From the IMG/VR virus record IMGVR_UViG_3300037361_000044, positions 64,001-128,000 of that record: a stretch of DNA of 64,000 bases; one strand, written 5' to 3'. The stretch comes from a virus (lineage: Duplodnaviria; Caudoviricetes). This document shows positions 26,801-35,961 of this stretch, in pieces. The notes beneath the pieces are model-generated. The model saw only the letters and a program-made list of their open reading frames with translations, had not been told where the DNA came from and did no database searches. The position numbers and the translations under genes are program-made. Positions within the stretch are counted from its first letter, which is position 1. The number at the start of each line of letters is the position of its first letter.

Positions 26801-27861
26801 TGTCCATTGATGGCAGGGCAGACCAGACCATCACGTTTGCGAATGACTCTTCAAGCATTGCGTCCACGCATGTGACCCGCGATGGTGTCGTCTCCCAAAT
26901 CAACAACGCGGTAGGGAGGGCAGTAGCCAAGCTCAACAGCGCGTATCACCTTGAGTTGGAGGGCGATGTAGCCATCTTCGTCAGGGGCTCTGTGGCGCCC
27001 ACCTCAGCAAATTCCGTGTTGGGGTTTGGCGACAACGACCAAGATAACGCATCGTCGAATGCCGATACGTACACAATCGTCGCGGTAGATGCCGACGTGC
27101 TTACACTGCACACGGCCACCCCGGTTACGGAGACCAGGGAGTCTTACGTTGTGCGCAGACCAGGTACGCAGCGCATCTGCTCTACGCAGATGGCCAAGCA
27201 GACGTCCACTGCCGGCTTGTATTACTGCGACGTGGAGTTGGTGAGCGAAGGCACTGGTGACATCTTCAACATCGACAGTTCGTTGCAGCTGACAGCAACG
27301 GGGTACCGAAGCGACGGCTACTACCTGACGACAAGAGACGCCAACCTGGCCTTCTCCACCGTGGAGCAACTATCCCTGCACGTTTCTCGGTCCATACTCG
27401 AGGTGGGTGTGGCGGACGACCCGGCAAACGCCACCCAGCTCACTGGTCAAAACCTCGAGCTCGCGTACGACAGGTCCACGCTGGTCGCTGACGTGCAGAA
27501 CTTCGCTACCAGCGAGACGGAGCGCGTGGTGTGCTCCAACCCGCTGTCTAGGCACTTAGTTCCACACTTTGTGCGGTTCGACTTCGAATACGTCGGTGGG
27601 TCCAGCGCTGACATAGTGACCGCGGACATGGTCACGTACATCAAGGATCTGTTCCCGCAGGACTACCTCGAGGTTGGGGACTTGACGAACTTGGCGTACC
27701 AGCGAGGGGCCACTGGTGTGTCAAATCCCATCGACCTGATTGCCATCGTGCACAACTACGACCGCACGGTGTGGGCGCAGCGCTCTCAGAACGCGCTCAA
27801 CACCGGAAGGCTGGCAGCCTTCATCTCAGACGTCATCAACGTGAACCGCCGTTCGGGTTGA
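23860..27861 (+). CDS. Large baseplate J-like wedge protein
   Basis: N-terminal AEAAGTAYNI...N...F.SG..EET...YI.R baseplate-J pattern; 1333 aa. Confidence 0.75.
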   Translation: MATFDLQVYIQERLRSFDESMDVAAGSPVDIQVIQPLLRRLGTDPFTVDLAVFLSDRLKQAFPEMATDEGDAITDLLIKPALLLWDPIVREIFRVRSCQSFKDPQSLTTDEADALGANLFSDRERGDFSRGVGRLYYAQPRQVSVTPVNFFTSRSGLHFFPDGQQNITVNEMLLNISGSLYYFDVNLIAEAAGTAYNIEANELINVANMEGTVQVKNLRRFRSGQKEETAVEYIDRAQQELTERSMVTLRGLGARIPKAFPEVTRLAAVGFGDPEMQRDVLTGGGLGPIVGAGFAGSTVVDLERKPLTRRMQLLDSGVDLYSLLDTDALSSYVLTVFEAFSSSPSVRDLTVQSIVDSTTIEVAEQVLTPFGIGKSWMLRKKELTLSGIPGGILFPDSAAGTVAIPEGEVHVGGHYDVSVRGSDFDTATLVLENVSDASPAASGSLLAFSSVAVATLADLVLGINYAVGDATYVALSEAKQFGFTLQVLTGVNAGNYRVIDVAQANGTSPQLTLDTSTPILPGTYKWRLVDIIDVDLVEPKDTRVSGGDLQSVQNQDVLSTASSTDLMALGVSVEDTLRIESGADADDYTVKALPAFNAVQVDRTMKATSGNLKYTIFKPNAAGGVQRPFVRVTKLELLDTSGQPVGSVVPYAHPVDIQSRSFENPGRGVKKDLLDGRLGILTSKMPTGGFPVGGQTLVFHFFASDLTTPAYSDMTVTFSAGDKNYAQVVTEVNAVAAFHIGATAVMAVSVFDGDAYRVGIVPVAPLVTVSGGTSMTGLFGSTAERSTRDICSDSLPSVGWLSVTPSIDQDDLDAVQVLDGTQIGSYGSLRVELTAPSLLVAGSTSYSTDPPAFAPEVGRHIQVGARSIGSVRCFFLEPTSIEFGRLAFFTATLADGAVVRFRPDPTLDFVKLPAYPATALIKDGSSTAGLKTFTSASQNYVLSSVVEGDLLDILYIPIIGAVALGSSTVTSVAVANKQLVLSIDGRADQTITFANDSSSIASTHVTRDGVVSQINNAVGRAVAKLNSAYHLELEGDVAIFVRGSVAPTSANSVLGFGDNDQDNASSNADTYTIVAVDADVLTLHTATPVTETRESYVVRRPGTQRICSTQMAKQTSTAGLYYCDVELVSEGTGDIFNIDSSLQLTATGYRSDGYYLTTRDANLAFSTVEQLSLHVSRSILEVGVADDPANATQLTGQNLELAYDRSTLVADVQNFATSETERVVCSNPLSRHLVPHFVRFDFEYVGGSSADIVTADMVTYIKDLFPQDYLEVGDLTNLAYQRGATGVSNPIDLIAIVHNYDRTVWAQRSQNALNTGRLAAFISDVINVNRRSG

Positions 27862-28189
27862 TAATGGGCACGTCACCATGAACCGCCTTGTTGGGGTCCC
27901 CTAGTTCGACGATCATCCCGTCAAAGGGGTTCATGGTGAAACCGCAGGCATGGCACTTCAGCAGGTTGCGCGGGACCAGCCAGTTGCTGTCGGCGAAGGC
28001 GAACTTGGTGCCACCGTAGCTCTGCTCCATGGTGGTGCCGCACCCGTTCTTGCAGAACTTGTGCTGGCGGTACAGGGCGTCGGCCTTGGCTTTCTCTCCC
28101 GTTAGGACGTCGGGGATACCCTCGATGGCCTTCCGTGCTAGTTCTGGATCCAGCGTCTGAAATCCGATAGGGATACCTCGTTCGGCCAT
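27836..28189 (-). CDS. Zn-ribbon protein
   Basis: CxxxC and CxxC; TTGCGG-17-TACACT promoter 6 nt before the ATG. Confidence 0.65.
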   Translation of the reverse strand: MAERGIPIGFQTLDPELARKAIEGIPDVLTGEKAKADALYRQHKFCKNGCGTTMEQSYGGTKFAFADSNWLVPRNLLKCHACGFTMNPFDGMIVELGDPNKAVHGDVPIINPNGGSR

Positions 28190-28293
28190 TTCCCCAGTGT
28201 AGTGGCAGGAAATATCCGCCGCAAGTGAGGCTTTTGGGTCGAAGGCCCAGCTTCCTGGTACAATCGGAACGGACGCACCCTGGAAGGCACAGC

Positions 28294-31200
28294 ATGGCAG
28301 CTACCGCGCTCATCAAGTTCACGCAGAATACCAACGTAGGCGCAGACGGGCAGGCCCTTCTGGGTGTGCTTTCGGTGGCCGTCAACCTTTCCAACGTCGA
28401 CAACACCGGTGTGCGATCTTGGCAGGTGGAGCTTGTAGCAGCAGCCACAGACAGCTCTTTGGCGCTGGATGTGCTTGCCTACTCGGACAATAGCTCCACG
28501 CCAGCCGCTAACTTCACCCCCGACACCAGGGGGAGCTACAGGCTCGTCCTGAAGGTGTGGGATGCCATCAACAGGGTTGGTGACCCTACCAGTGTGGACA
28601 TTCGTGTCTTTGCCGTGCCCGAGGTGAATGGGTTCGTAACTCCACCTCCTCAAGTGTGGCCGCAGCCACTGCCAGACCCGCGCTCTGGAGAGACCACATC
28701 CAGGCCAAACGAGCTGAACTTCTCCGGTCAGGGCAATGGCTGGGCCGGTGCCGGAGCTGGTGACGGGCTTTTGAACCAGCTGGTGAAGAAGGTGGATGCC
28801 CTGTCCGCTTTCGATCCGTCCTCGCTCGTTACGCCACCAGACCCAGATACGGCCGGTGCCTTCGAAAAGCTAACTGCCGTGGGGTTCCATCGTCCCGTGG
28901 CCACTGTCTACTTCCAAGACGCCGTGTGGGTGCTAGAGGCTGGTGACTGCCGTAAGCAGGCCAGGCCTAGCCTAACCAGATTGGACTTGGCTACGCGCCG
29001 CCCAGACTTATCGGTCAGTTCTCCATCGGACGTAGAGGAGTGGCTGAACGTAGCTGCAGACGCTTCGAACAGGCTGTGGGTTGTCGGCGACCACATGCGT
29101 GGGATCAGAAGGTTTATGCGGTACATCGACTTCTCGGTGTCTCCGCCGGCGGTGAGCGCTTTGATTGATTGCGGGGCGCCTCCTTCGACCAGCGTCTCCC
29201 AATCGGCTTCAGTACCACCAGCAGCCCCGTTATCGTTTGACGGCACACGCATGTGGACTGTGCTACTTGACAGGGCAGTAGGTGTAGGCCAATACGGGGT
29301 GGAGCTGAGTGCTAGCCCCAGCACAGGCCCTACTTATATTTATGCCGACGCTACGGAGAGGGCTGCTGCTCTTTCTATGTTTGTTGCCGCAGACGCCGGC
29401 AGTGTAGCCTTGCAGACAGATGACTCAACCTACTGGATTTTGGAGTACTCGGATCCAACATTCAGTTGGAGCAGTATCACAGCACTCGGCTACCAAGGTG
29501 CCCGCAACGCCCACCCGCAGTGGGTAGTCTGTGACGAAGACACCACACACTACACGGATACGGCGCCACGAGTCTGGGTGCTGAGCTCGTCAGACGACCC
29601 TCTGTACAGCGGCGTAACTTCGGTGCTGGATAGGCTCTCCGCAGCTGGTACTTTGGATGCCACACGTAAGTGGGGTGATTCTATACCGCACCAGCTTTTG
29701 GTCGGTGGGGCGCATTTATACGTGCTACTTGAGCGCGCCGTTTCGAACCAGATTCAGCGGTTGGTTCCAGACACGTTGGTAGTGGCAGGATCCGGGTTCC
29801 CCAACACCGGCGTACGTCCTTTATCTTTTGCTTACAACGCCGCAAGTCTTTCACTAGCAGTGTTGGGGCTGCGCGCGTCTTGCTCTGGTTCCCTGTATTG
29901 TGCTGCCACCTTACCGGCTACGGCGTTGACTCCAGTAGTTGTTGGGAACCTGGCGTCCACCGTCGCAAGTGGACTAGAGCCATTGCTAGTGAATGTACTC
30001 CCCATACCCTCTGGTGTGCGTTGCTTTTACCCCACGGGTGCAGATGGCAGGTCTCTGTATCAGGTGGCTTCGGTTTCAGGAAGCATTGTATTCACAGCAT
30101 TCTCCAGACGCGGCCTTGGGTACGTACCGACGTCAGTAGATGTGCCTCCACCAGTGTCTACGTTATACGTGCAGCCATCTGCCACAATGGTGGCGCCACC
30201 ATCTCTGCAGGACGGATCCTCCGCAAGGCCGTTTACCGACCTTCAAAGCGCCTTGGATGTAGTGAATACAAACACGGATGCTTCTGTCATAGCCTGGAGG
30301 ATTTGCCTGGCTGCTGGAGACTACTCGGGGTCGTACGCGCTAGCCCCAGCTTCCAAGTCTGCCAGTGATGTCTGGATCACCATAGACGGAGTGCCTGGAA
30401 ACATGGGGCACACGACCATTCATGGTTCTCTGAACGTGGTAACCACGCGCCTAGGCGGCAGGTGCTCGTACGCAATCAACAACGTGCGGATGTACAACGG
30501 CATCGTTCTGACTAAGAGCGTGGCAGGGGTAAGCCATGGCGTGGCGCTGGAGCTTCGAGACTCTTCGTGCAGCGCCATTACAGCGGACGGCTTAGACGCG
30601 TCGGACACCCTGGACCTATTCATTAGAGGCACAGGTCTCTACTCGGACGCAGACACCGCGAACACGTACTACACCAGTCAGGTGGGCGCGATTTCTTGTG
30701 CAAACGCCACCTGCTCGGTGTACACAGACGGAGCCAACCTGCTTGACTCCTGCGTGGTACTGGGTAAGGGCGTTTTCAGAAACACGGACCTGGCGAGTGG
30801 CGTAAGCTTGACAGCCAGCGCCCTAAAGCTGCTGGACTCGGGCCATAGCGTTGCTGCTGGCAGTGGGATTCTCACCGCTACAGGCCCCTCGAAGGCCATC
30901 GAGATGGATTCCGCCTCCTTTGCTCGGGTGCTCAAGTTTGGCACAGAGCTAGCTGCGTTGTCTCATCTGTTGTCCGTAGGTGGCGGAGAGTTCATGTACG
31001 AGTTTCCAGTGGTGGAGACCGCCGCCGACACAGCGGACCAAGTACTGTTCTCTCAGGATCTGCAGCACTGGCCTAGCGGTATTGTGGTTGCCGTGCGAGC
31101 GGTGGTCACCGTCTACAACAAAAGTACGTTGACCGACCATGGCTACTTCGAACGTGTAGCCGTCTTTGACAGGCGCACAGCTGGCGTGACCTTGGTCAAA

Positions 31201-31377
31201 GAGGGGGATACTCTTTACTCGGCTGGGCCATCAGTAGACATGTCCTCAGCGCATTCCGTGCGCTTTTCTGTGGTAGGTACATCGGCGTCCTTGCTGTGTA
31301 CGCCTTCTTCGTCTACTTCTGACCACAACAACAGCTGGAAGGTTGCTGCCTACTTCTCGGTGCACAAGGCGTCCTAA
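28294..31377 (+). CDS. Tail fibre/tailspike-like receptor-binding protein
   Basis: PKD-like N-terminus, propeller-like repeats, and DGSSARPFTDLQSALD preceding a beta-helix-like region. Confidence 0.65.
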   Translation: MAATALIKFTQNTNVGADGQALLGVLSVAVNLSNVDNTGVRSWQVELVAAATDSSLALDVLAYSDNSSTPAANFTPDTRGSYRLVLKVWDAINRVGDPTSVDIRVFAVPEVNGFVTPPPQVWPQPLPDPRSGETTSRPNELNFSGQGNGWAGAGAGDGLLNQLVKKVDALSAFDPSSLVTPPDPDTAGAFEKLTAVGFHRPVATVYFQDAVWVLEAGDCRKQARPSLTRLDLATRRPDLSVSSPSDVEEWLNVAADASNRLWVVGDHMRGIRRFMRYIDFSVSPPAVSALIDCGAPPSTSVSQSASVPPAAPLSFDGTRMWTVLLDRAVGVGQYGVELSASPSTGPTYIYADATERAAALSMFVAADAGSVALQTDDSTYWILEYSDPTFSWSSITALGYQGARNAHPQWVVCDEDTTHYTDTAPRVWVLSSSDDPLYSGVTSVLDRLSAAGTLDATRKWGDSIPHQLLVGGAHLYVLLERAVSNQIQRLVPDTLVVAGSGFPNTGVRPLSFAYNAASLSLAVLGLRASCSGSLYCAATLPATALTPVVVGNLASTVASGLEPLLVNVLPIPSGVRCFYPTGADGRSLYQVASVSGSIVFTAFSRRGLGYVPTSVDVPPPVSTLYVQPSATMVAPPSLQDGSSARPFTDLQSALDVVNTNTDASVIAWRICLAAGDYSGSYALAPASKSASDVWITIDGVPGNMGHTTIHGSLNVVTTRLGGRCSYAINNVRMYNGIVLTKSVAGVSHGVALELRDSSCSAITADGLDASDTLDLFIRGTGLYSDADTANTYYTSQVGAISCANATCSVYTDGANLLDSCVVLGKGVFRNTDLASGVSLTASALKLLDSGHSVAAGSGILTATGPSKAIEMDSASFARVLKFGTELAALSHLLSVGGGEFMYEFPVVETAADTADQVLFSQDLQHWPSGIVVAVRAVVTVYNKSTLTDHGYFERVAVFDRRTAGVTLVKEGDTLYSAGPSVDMSSAHSVRFSVVGTSASLLCTPSSSTSDHNNSWKVAAYFSVHKAS

Positions 31378-31408
31378 TCATGATCGAACTGCAGAATAGA
31401 GGTGTCTT

Positions 31409-34400
31409 GTGAGTGGCGGCTACGGCTCTGGCTGGGGCCTGACCCCGTGGGGCGGCTTTTTGCTGCCGAGCACCGGGGGACCGGTACCGCCCACACCGCC
31501 CGAAGGGTGGGACATCTACGTCTACTACGAGTGGGAAGGGTCGATGGGGGTAATCCTCGACGACCCTAACGTAAGCGTGGTAGGCGGCGCCTTCGAGATC
31601 AGTCTTAGCAGCGACTTGTGCCTACGCAGTGGTGCCCCGTCGCCATCCACCGATGCGTATATGCACCTTGCTGCCCTGGTGCCGGACAGCTACACGTTGC
31701 AAGCCACGTTCGTGTCCGATTGGCTGCCTGTCGACTTCTCCAACCTCATTTACTCGCACTTGTACGTAGGCGCTGCCAATCAAGTGGGCTACGCGGCAGG
31801 GCTGTTCTTCTCTAGCGCGGGTATTGCGTACACCGGGGCGGTGTATCTGACGAGTGGGAACTTGGCCTTGTCTGGTCCCATGCAGGTCATCCCCGGTACC
31901 GCGGGTCTCATCGAGCAGGGGGTGGATTACACCATCCGCATTGCCGTAGATGCCGCTACAACCACTGCCTACATCTTTGTTACGGAGACGCTGCCGCTAG
32001 AGCAAGGCCTCGTTGGGCACCATCTTATTGCGATTCTGCCAGCCATCACAACCAACGGGATAGTGGCGGACGGTACGTACATCAGCTTGCGTGGCACCGA
32101 CGTACGCGAAACACAGGCATGTTTCAGCATGCTTGGCATGGCCACAGGCCTGTACATGCCAAATGTGCCGCCTCGATCAGACGCGGGTAAAGATCAGTCT
32201 TTGCGCATGTGCAGTGTCGGGATTCTGGATGGCACGGCCAGCACAGATCCGGAGGGTGGCGCGCTCACCTACAGCTGGAGGCTGATTGACGCACCGTCTA
32301 CCAGCTCTTACGCCTTTGAGGGGCATGACGGCTTCACTGTTCCGCTGCCCGTGCCCACTGGCTACACCGACAAGTTCTACTCCGCTGAGCTGGGCAACGA
32401 GTCCCTACTGGATGACATAGTGGAGGGCGATGTCGTTCTCTTTGGAAGTGTGGCCTACTCCGTGGTGTCCACGGGCGTTGATGGCACTGGCTTCTACGTG
32501 CAGACAACCACGAATGCTTTCGTGGACTCGTTGTCCTCAGTGACCTTCAAGCTCCTGCGCGCGCGCTTCTTGTCGAATGCGGCTACAGCCAAGCCCTCTT
32601 TCTATCCGGACGTACCGGGCGTCTACAAGTTCGACTTGGTGGTGTACGACGGCCAGTACTTGAGTACGGCGTCCACCACCGTCGTGAATGTGATGGAGAG
32701 CCAGGTACCAAAGGGCTGCATCCCAGACCTCAGCTTCATGTGGCAGCACCTGAGCGACTTCTGGAAGCTGGTGGAAGACCGCGAGCGCATTCAAGTATTG
32801 TGGGAGAGTATGGCTCAAGTAGCTGCCGCTGAGCTCCTCACGCTGTGGCAGATCGACTATTCCAAGAGCCTGCGTGATATCCAGCGCACATTTCAGAGAC
32901 GTTGGCTGCATTACGATCTGCGGCTCCCCGAGCCACTCCCCGGCCTCACTACGGTGCGGTGCAGCTACGGCGGCGTGGCCACCAATGTCGACATTGACTC
33001 GACGGCGGGCGTTTCTGGTGTGCAAGGCACAGCCCTGGTGATCGAATCGCCGGTGCATGCGACTGTGCGCATTCAGTTTCAGCAGGCCAATCCGTACACC
33101 GCCTCCAAGCTTCAGAGCACGCTGCAGATCAAGCTACAAGGTGCCGACAGCCGGTACAGCGTTGTGGTGTTGGGCACAGGGGCAGCTCAGCGTGTGCTGA
33201 TTGTGGCCCCCTTCTACTTCGTGGTTGGCTCTGGTTCCACCTTGCCGGTGTTCACGGTAGGCGCTGCGAATGCCAAGCCCAGTGGTGTGTGTGGGGTGCG
33301 ACTGGCCCCTCGCACATATCGAGTGGACAGGAGTCTGCAGGGGCTAAGCGTTGTCGAGGGTGACATCCTGGTGGTGGGCGGCAACGGGTACCGCATCTCT
33401 CGAGTAGTTGATGACGTGGGCGATCCCCTTCGGTACCAGCGTTTGGTGCTGCAGGCAGACTTGCCGATGATTCCCGGTGATGCCTGGTCGATCACAGCCA
33501 CGGTTACAAGCCGCCTGCTGAACTTCTACGGTGGTTTGGTCTCTGCTGGGGACCTTGCTGTCTTTGAGGTAACGGACTCCACGGTGGAGGGGTTGACCCT
33601 GTTGTCCGCCCCAGTCACGGCCGCCTGCGAGGCAGAGGTAACGAAGCTGGGTGTGGACCTGACAGCGCTGGGCGCTAGGTTGTCCGTGCCTACGGTTACC
33701 GCGAAGCTGGCGTACGTCACTCGGCGCACTCGGTTGCCGGTGGGGGACTTGGTTACGGATATCCCTTGCCTGCAGGAGAAAATACAAGAGTCGGACGACG
33801 GCGCCATTCTGCGCAGAAACGTCGACTACTTCCTAGAGACCTACCGAGATCACAACTCCATTAGATTCGTTGCAGGAAATAGTTGGGACCCCGGTGACGT
33901 GTGGCAAGGTGGCGTTCCACCGGACCGTCTGTGGTCCGAGGTGACGTACTTCGACAACAGGCCCGCGGTGGAAGCAAACTTCGGTATCCCTGCCGAGTTC
34001 ACATTGGACCAGTTGGCTTCCATTGAATCCGACTTGGATTACTTGTCGGCGGTGCGCGGGCTTTGGTACTCGTACCTGAACGGGCCAACCATGTTCAACC
34101 TGCGTGCGGGGGCGCAGATCCTACTAGGGCTGCCCTTTGCTGAAGAAGCGGGTGTGATCGAGGAGATTCGTACAGATTTCTCGGTGACGCAGGGACGCAT
34201 TCTTGTGCGTGACGCGGCAAACGCCGCCATCGTACGCTCGTACCACTTCCCGCTACCGCTGGGTCTGGAGACCAACCCCAGCACTGGCTTGCTGTACGCA
34301 GTGGGGGATAGCGTGACGCAGTTTGCCCCCTTGGTGCAGGGCGCCGAGGTCATTGACTACGTAAAGGATCCCACTTGGTTCGAGGGGATCATGCATCAAG

Positions 34401-35299
34401 GTGTCTTCTTCGAGGTGGAGAAGTTTCACAAGTTCATGATGCGCGTGGATAGTGCCGCGTTCAGTTTGAGCTCTCTCATGTTCGTTCGAAGCTTCGTGCT
34501 GCGCGTGAAGCCCACGTACACCTTCCCCCTGTTCGTAGTACGCTCGGCGGTAAAGGACACCGAGGTCAGTGTGCTCGACACCGTAGTCTGCACTGGACGT
34601 TTGGTGCTGAACGACGGCGCGCGGTTCGATGCATGGAACTACTCCACCATGCTAGATGACTACCGCGCAGCTGGCGGCGGCGTACGTAACCAACTCGATT
34701 CGAACAGCAATCCCTTCGACTCCACTCCGGTCTTCCCTACCCCAGACACCGAGATTCTATGGGGGTTGGACAAGAACTACTTGTCGCCCGAGGACCACAT
34801 CGTAGTGTCTTGGCTGTACGCGCATGCGGGGGGACCGGTACCTCTGGACGCTGGGTTCAAGTTGGATGGAGGCAACGTGCCGTCTTTCCCATTCTCGGCG
34901 ACACCACTAACCGCGGTTCCTGCTGCTCCGGGTGGGTACTTGTTCGGGAGCACGTTCACGGTGGGTGTGGCAGGGAACATCGAAGGCATCCGCCTGATCG
35001 TTCAAGGGGGTCTTGGCGCTGGGGCGCTGGGAGACTACGTGCTGTCGGTGCTGGTGAATAGCGTGGCGCACACGTCGGCCATCACTATTCCGCCGGGCGG
35101 TATGATCGGCTCCATATCCCTCACGGGCGTGGCTGTCGTGCCAGGTGATACCGTGGAACTGCGCCTGATTCCTGGTAGCTCGGGGGCGCGCACGCCTGAC
35201 TGGACGTACTTCTCGGCCATACTGGACTGCACGCCGGTACCCTTTCAACTCGACACCGGCTTGGCCGCCGGTACATACTCCAACAGCCGAGTGCTCTAA
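31409..35299 (+). CDS. Large baseplate-associated protein with PKD-like domain
   Basis: DAGKDQ...LDGTASTDPEG..LTYSW...PDVPGVYKFDLVVYDG. Confidence 0.7.
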   Translation: MSGGYGSGWGLTPWGGFLLPSTGGPVPPTPPEGWDIYVYYEWEGSMGVILDDPNVSVVGGAFEISLSSDLCLRSGAPSPSTDAYMHLAALVPDSYTLQATFVSDWLPVDFSNLIYSHLYVGAANQVGYAAGLFFSSAGIAYTGAVYLTSGNLALSGPMQVIPGTAGLIEQGVDYTIRIAVDAATTTAYIFVTETLPLEQGLVGHHLIAILPAITTNGIVADGTYISLRGTDVRETQACFSMLGMATGLYMPNVPPRSDAGKDQSLRMCSVGILDGTASTDPEGGALTYSWRLIDAPSTSSYAFEGHDGFTVPLPVPTGYTDKFYSAELGNESLLDDIVEGDVVLFGSVAYSVVSTGVDGTGFYVQTTTNAFVDSLSSVTFKLLRARFLSNAATAKPSFYPDVPGVYKFDLVVYDGQYLSTASTTVVNVMESQVPKGCIPDLSFMWQHLSDFWKLVEDRERIQVLWESMAQVAAAELLTLWQIDYSKSLRDIQRTFQRRWLHYDLRLPEPLPGLTTVRCSYGGVATNVDIDSTAGVSGVQGTALVIESPVHATVRIQFQQANPYTASKLQSTLQIKLQGADSRYSVVVLGTGAAQRVLIVAPFYFVVGSGSTLPVFTVGAANAKPSGVCGVRLAPRTYRVDRSLQGLSVVEGDILVVGGNGYRISRVVDDVGDPLRYQRLVLQADLPMIPGDAWSITATVTSRLLNFYGGLVSAGDLAVFEVTDSTVEGLTLLSAPVTAACEAEVTKLGVDLTALGARLSVPTVTAKLAYVTRRTRLPVGDLVTDIPCLQEKIQESDDGAILRRNVDYFLETYRDHNSIRFVAGNSWDPGDVWQGGVPPDRLWSEVTYFDNRPAVEANFGIPAEFTLDQLASIESDLDYLSAVRGLWYSYLNGPTMFNLRAGAQILLGLPFAEEAGVIEEIRTDFSVTQGRILVRDAANAAIVRSYHFPLPLGLETNPSTGLLYAVGDSVTQFAPLVQGAEVIDYVKDPTWFEGIMHQGVFFEVEKFHKFMMRVDSAAFSLSSLMFVRSFVLRVKPTYTFPLFVVRSAVKDTEVSVLDTVVCTGRLVLNDGARFDAWNYSTMLDDYRAAGGGVRNQLDSNSNPFDSTPVFPTPDTEILWGLDKNYLSPEDHIVVSWLYAHAGGPVPLDAGFKLDGGNVPSFPFSATPLTAVPAAPGGYLFGSTFTVGVAGNIEGIRLIVQGGLGAGALGDYVLSVLVNSVAHTSAITIPPGGMIGSISLTGVAVVPGDTVELRLIPGSSGARTPDWTYFSAILDCTPVPFQLDTGLAAGTYSNSRVL

Positions 35300-35327
35300 C
35301 CTACATGCTAGAATTGCGAGAAGTCGA

Positions 35328-35957
35328 ATGAGGTTCCTAGAAACAGTCGAGGTCCAGAACAACCTCAAGCTCATCGCAAGGGATAGGGGCAAGATCGTCG
35401 CCAGACGAGAAGGCCACAACATCTGGCTGGACATCGGCCGGGAGTACTTGGCGGCGCTGATTGCGTTGACCTCGTACGGACCCGATACGCCGGAGCGCAA
35501 CGACCGTATCAAGTACATGGGCTTCGGTGTGGGCGGCACTCGGCAGGTAGCTCCCGGCATCGCCAACACGGCCCCCATTTCCGTGGCGTACCCGGGCACG
35601 AATGTGCAGACAGACCTTGACCCTACGGTGACCCGCTTGGAGCGCCCAGTGCGCGTCTCCGGCACCACCACGTCACCTAGCAGTCCGTATTCGGCAACGG
35701 ACGTTTGGCTTGGGACCATTCAGGCGCCGCCCATCCACACCACGACGAGCCAGGTGACCTTTCGACGGCTGTTTACGCAGACCGAGATCAGCTATGCCAC
35801 GTTCCTTTCGGTGCCACTCAGCGAGGTGGGCCTTTATACCTCGTTGGCTGTCCCTATTGGTCGGCCCTACAACACCCCCGTTGCCTATGACACCTTCGAC
35901 ACGATTTCAAAGACCGGTGCCTTTGAGATCGAGGTCGATTGGACTGTGAGGTTCTGA
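35328..35957 (+). CDS. Baseplate/tail structural protein
   Basis: HNI...GREYLA, YMGFG.G, LSEVGL and K...FEIEVDWTVRF. Confidence 0.65.
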   Translation: MRFLETVEVQNNLKLIARDRGKIVARREGHNIWLDIGREYLAALIALTSYGPDTPERNDRIKYMGFGVGGTRQVAPGIANTAPISVAYPGTNVQTDLDPTVTRLERPVRVSGTTTSPSSPYSATDVWLGTIQAPPIHTTTSQVTFRRLFTQTEISYATFLSVPLSEVGLYTSLAVPIGRPYNTPVAYDTFDTISKTGAFEIEVDWTVRF

Positions 35958-35961
35958 GATC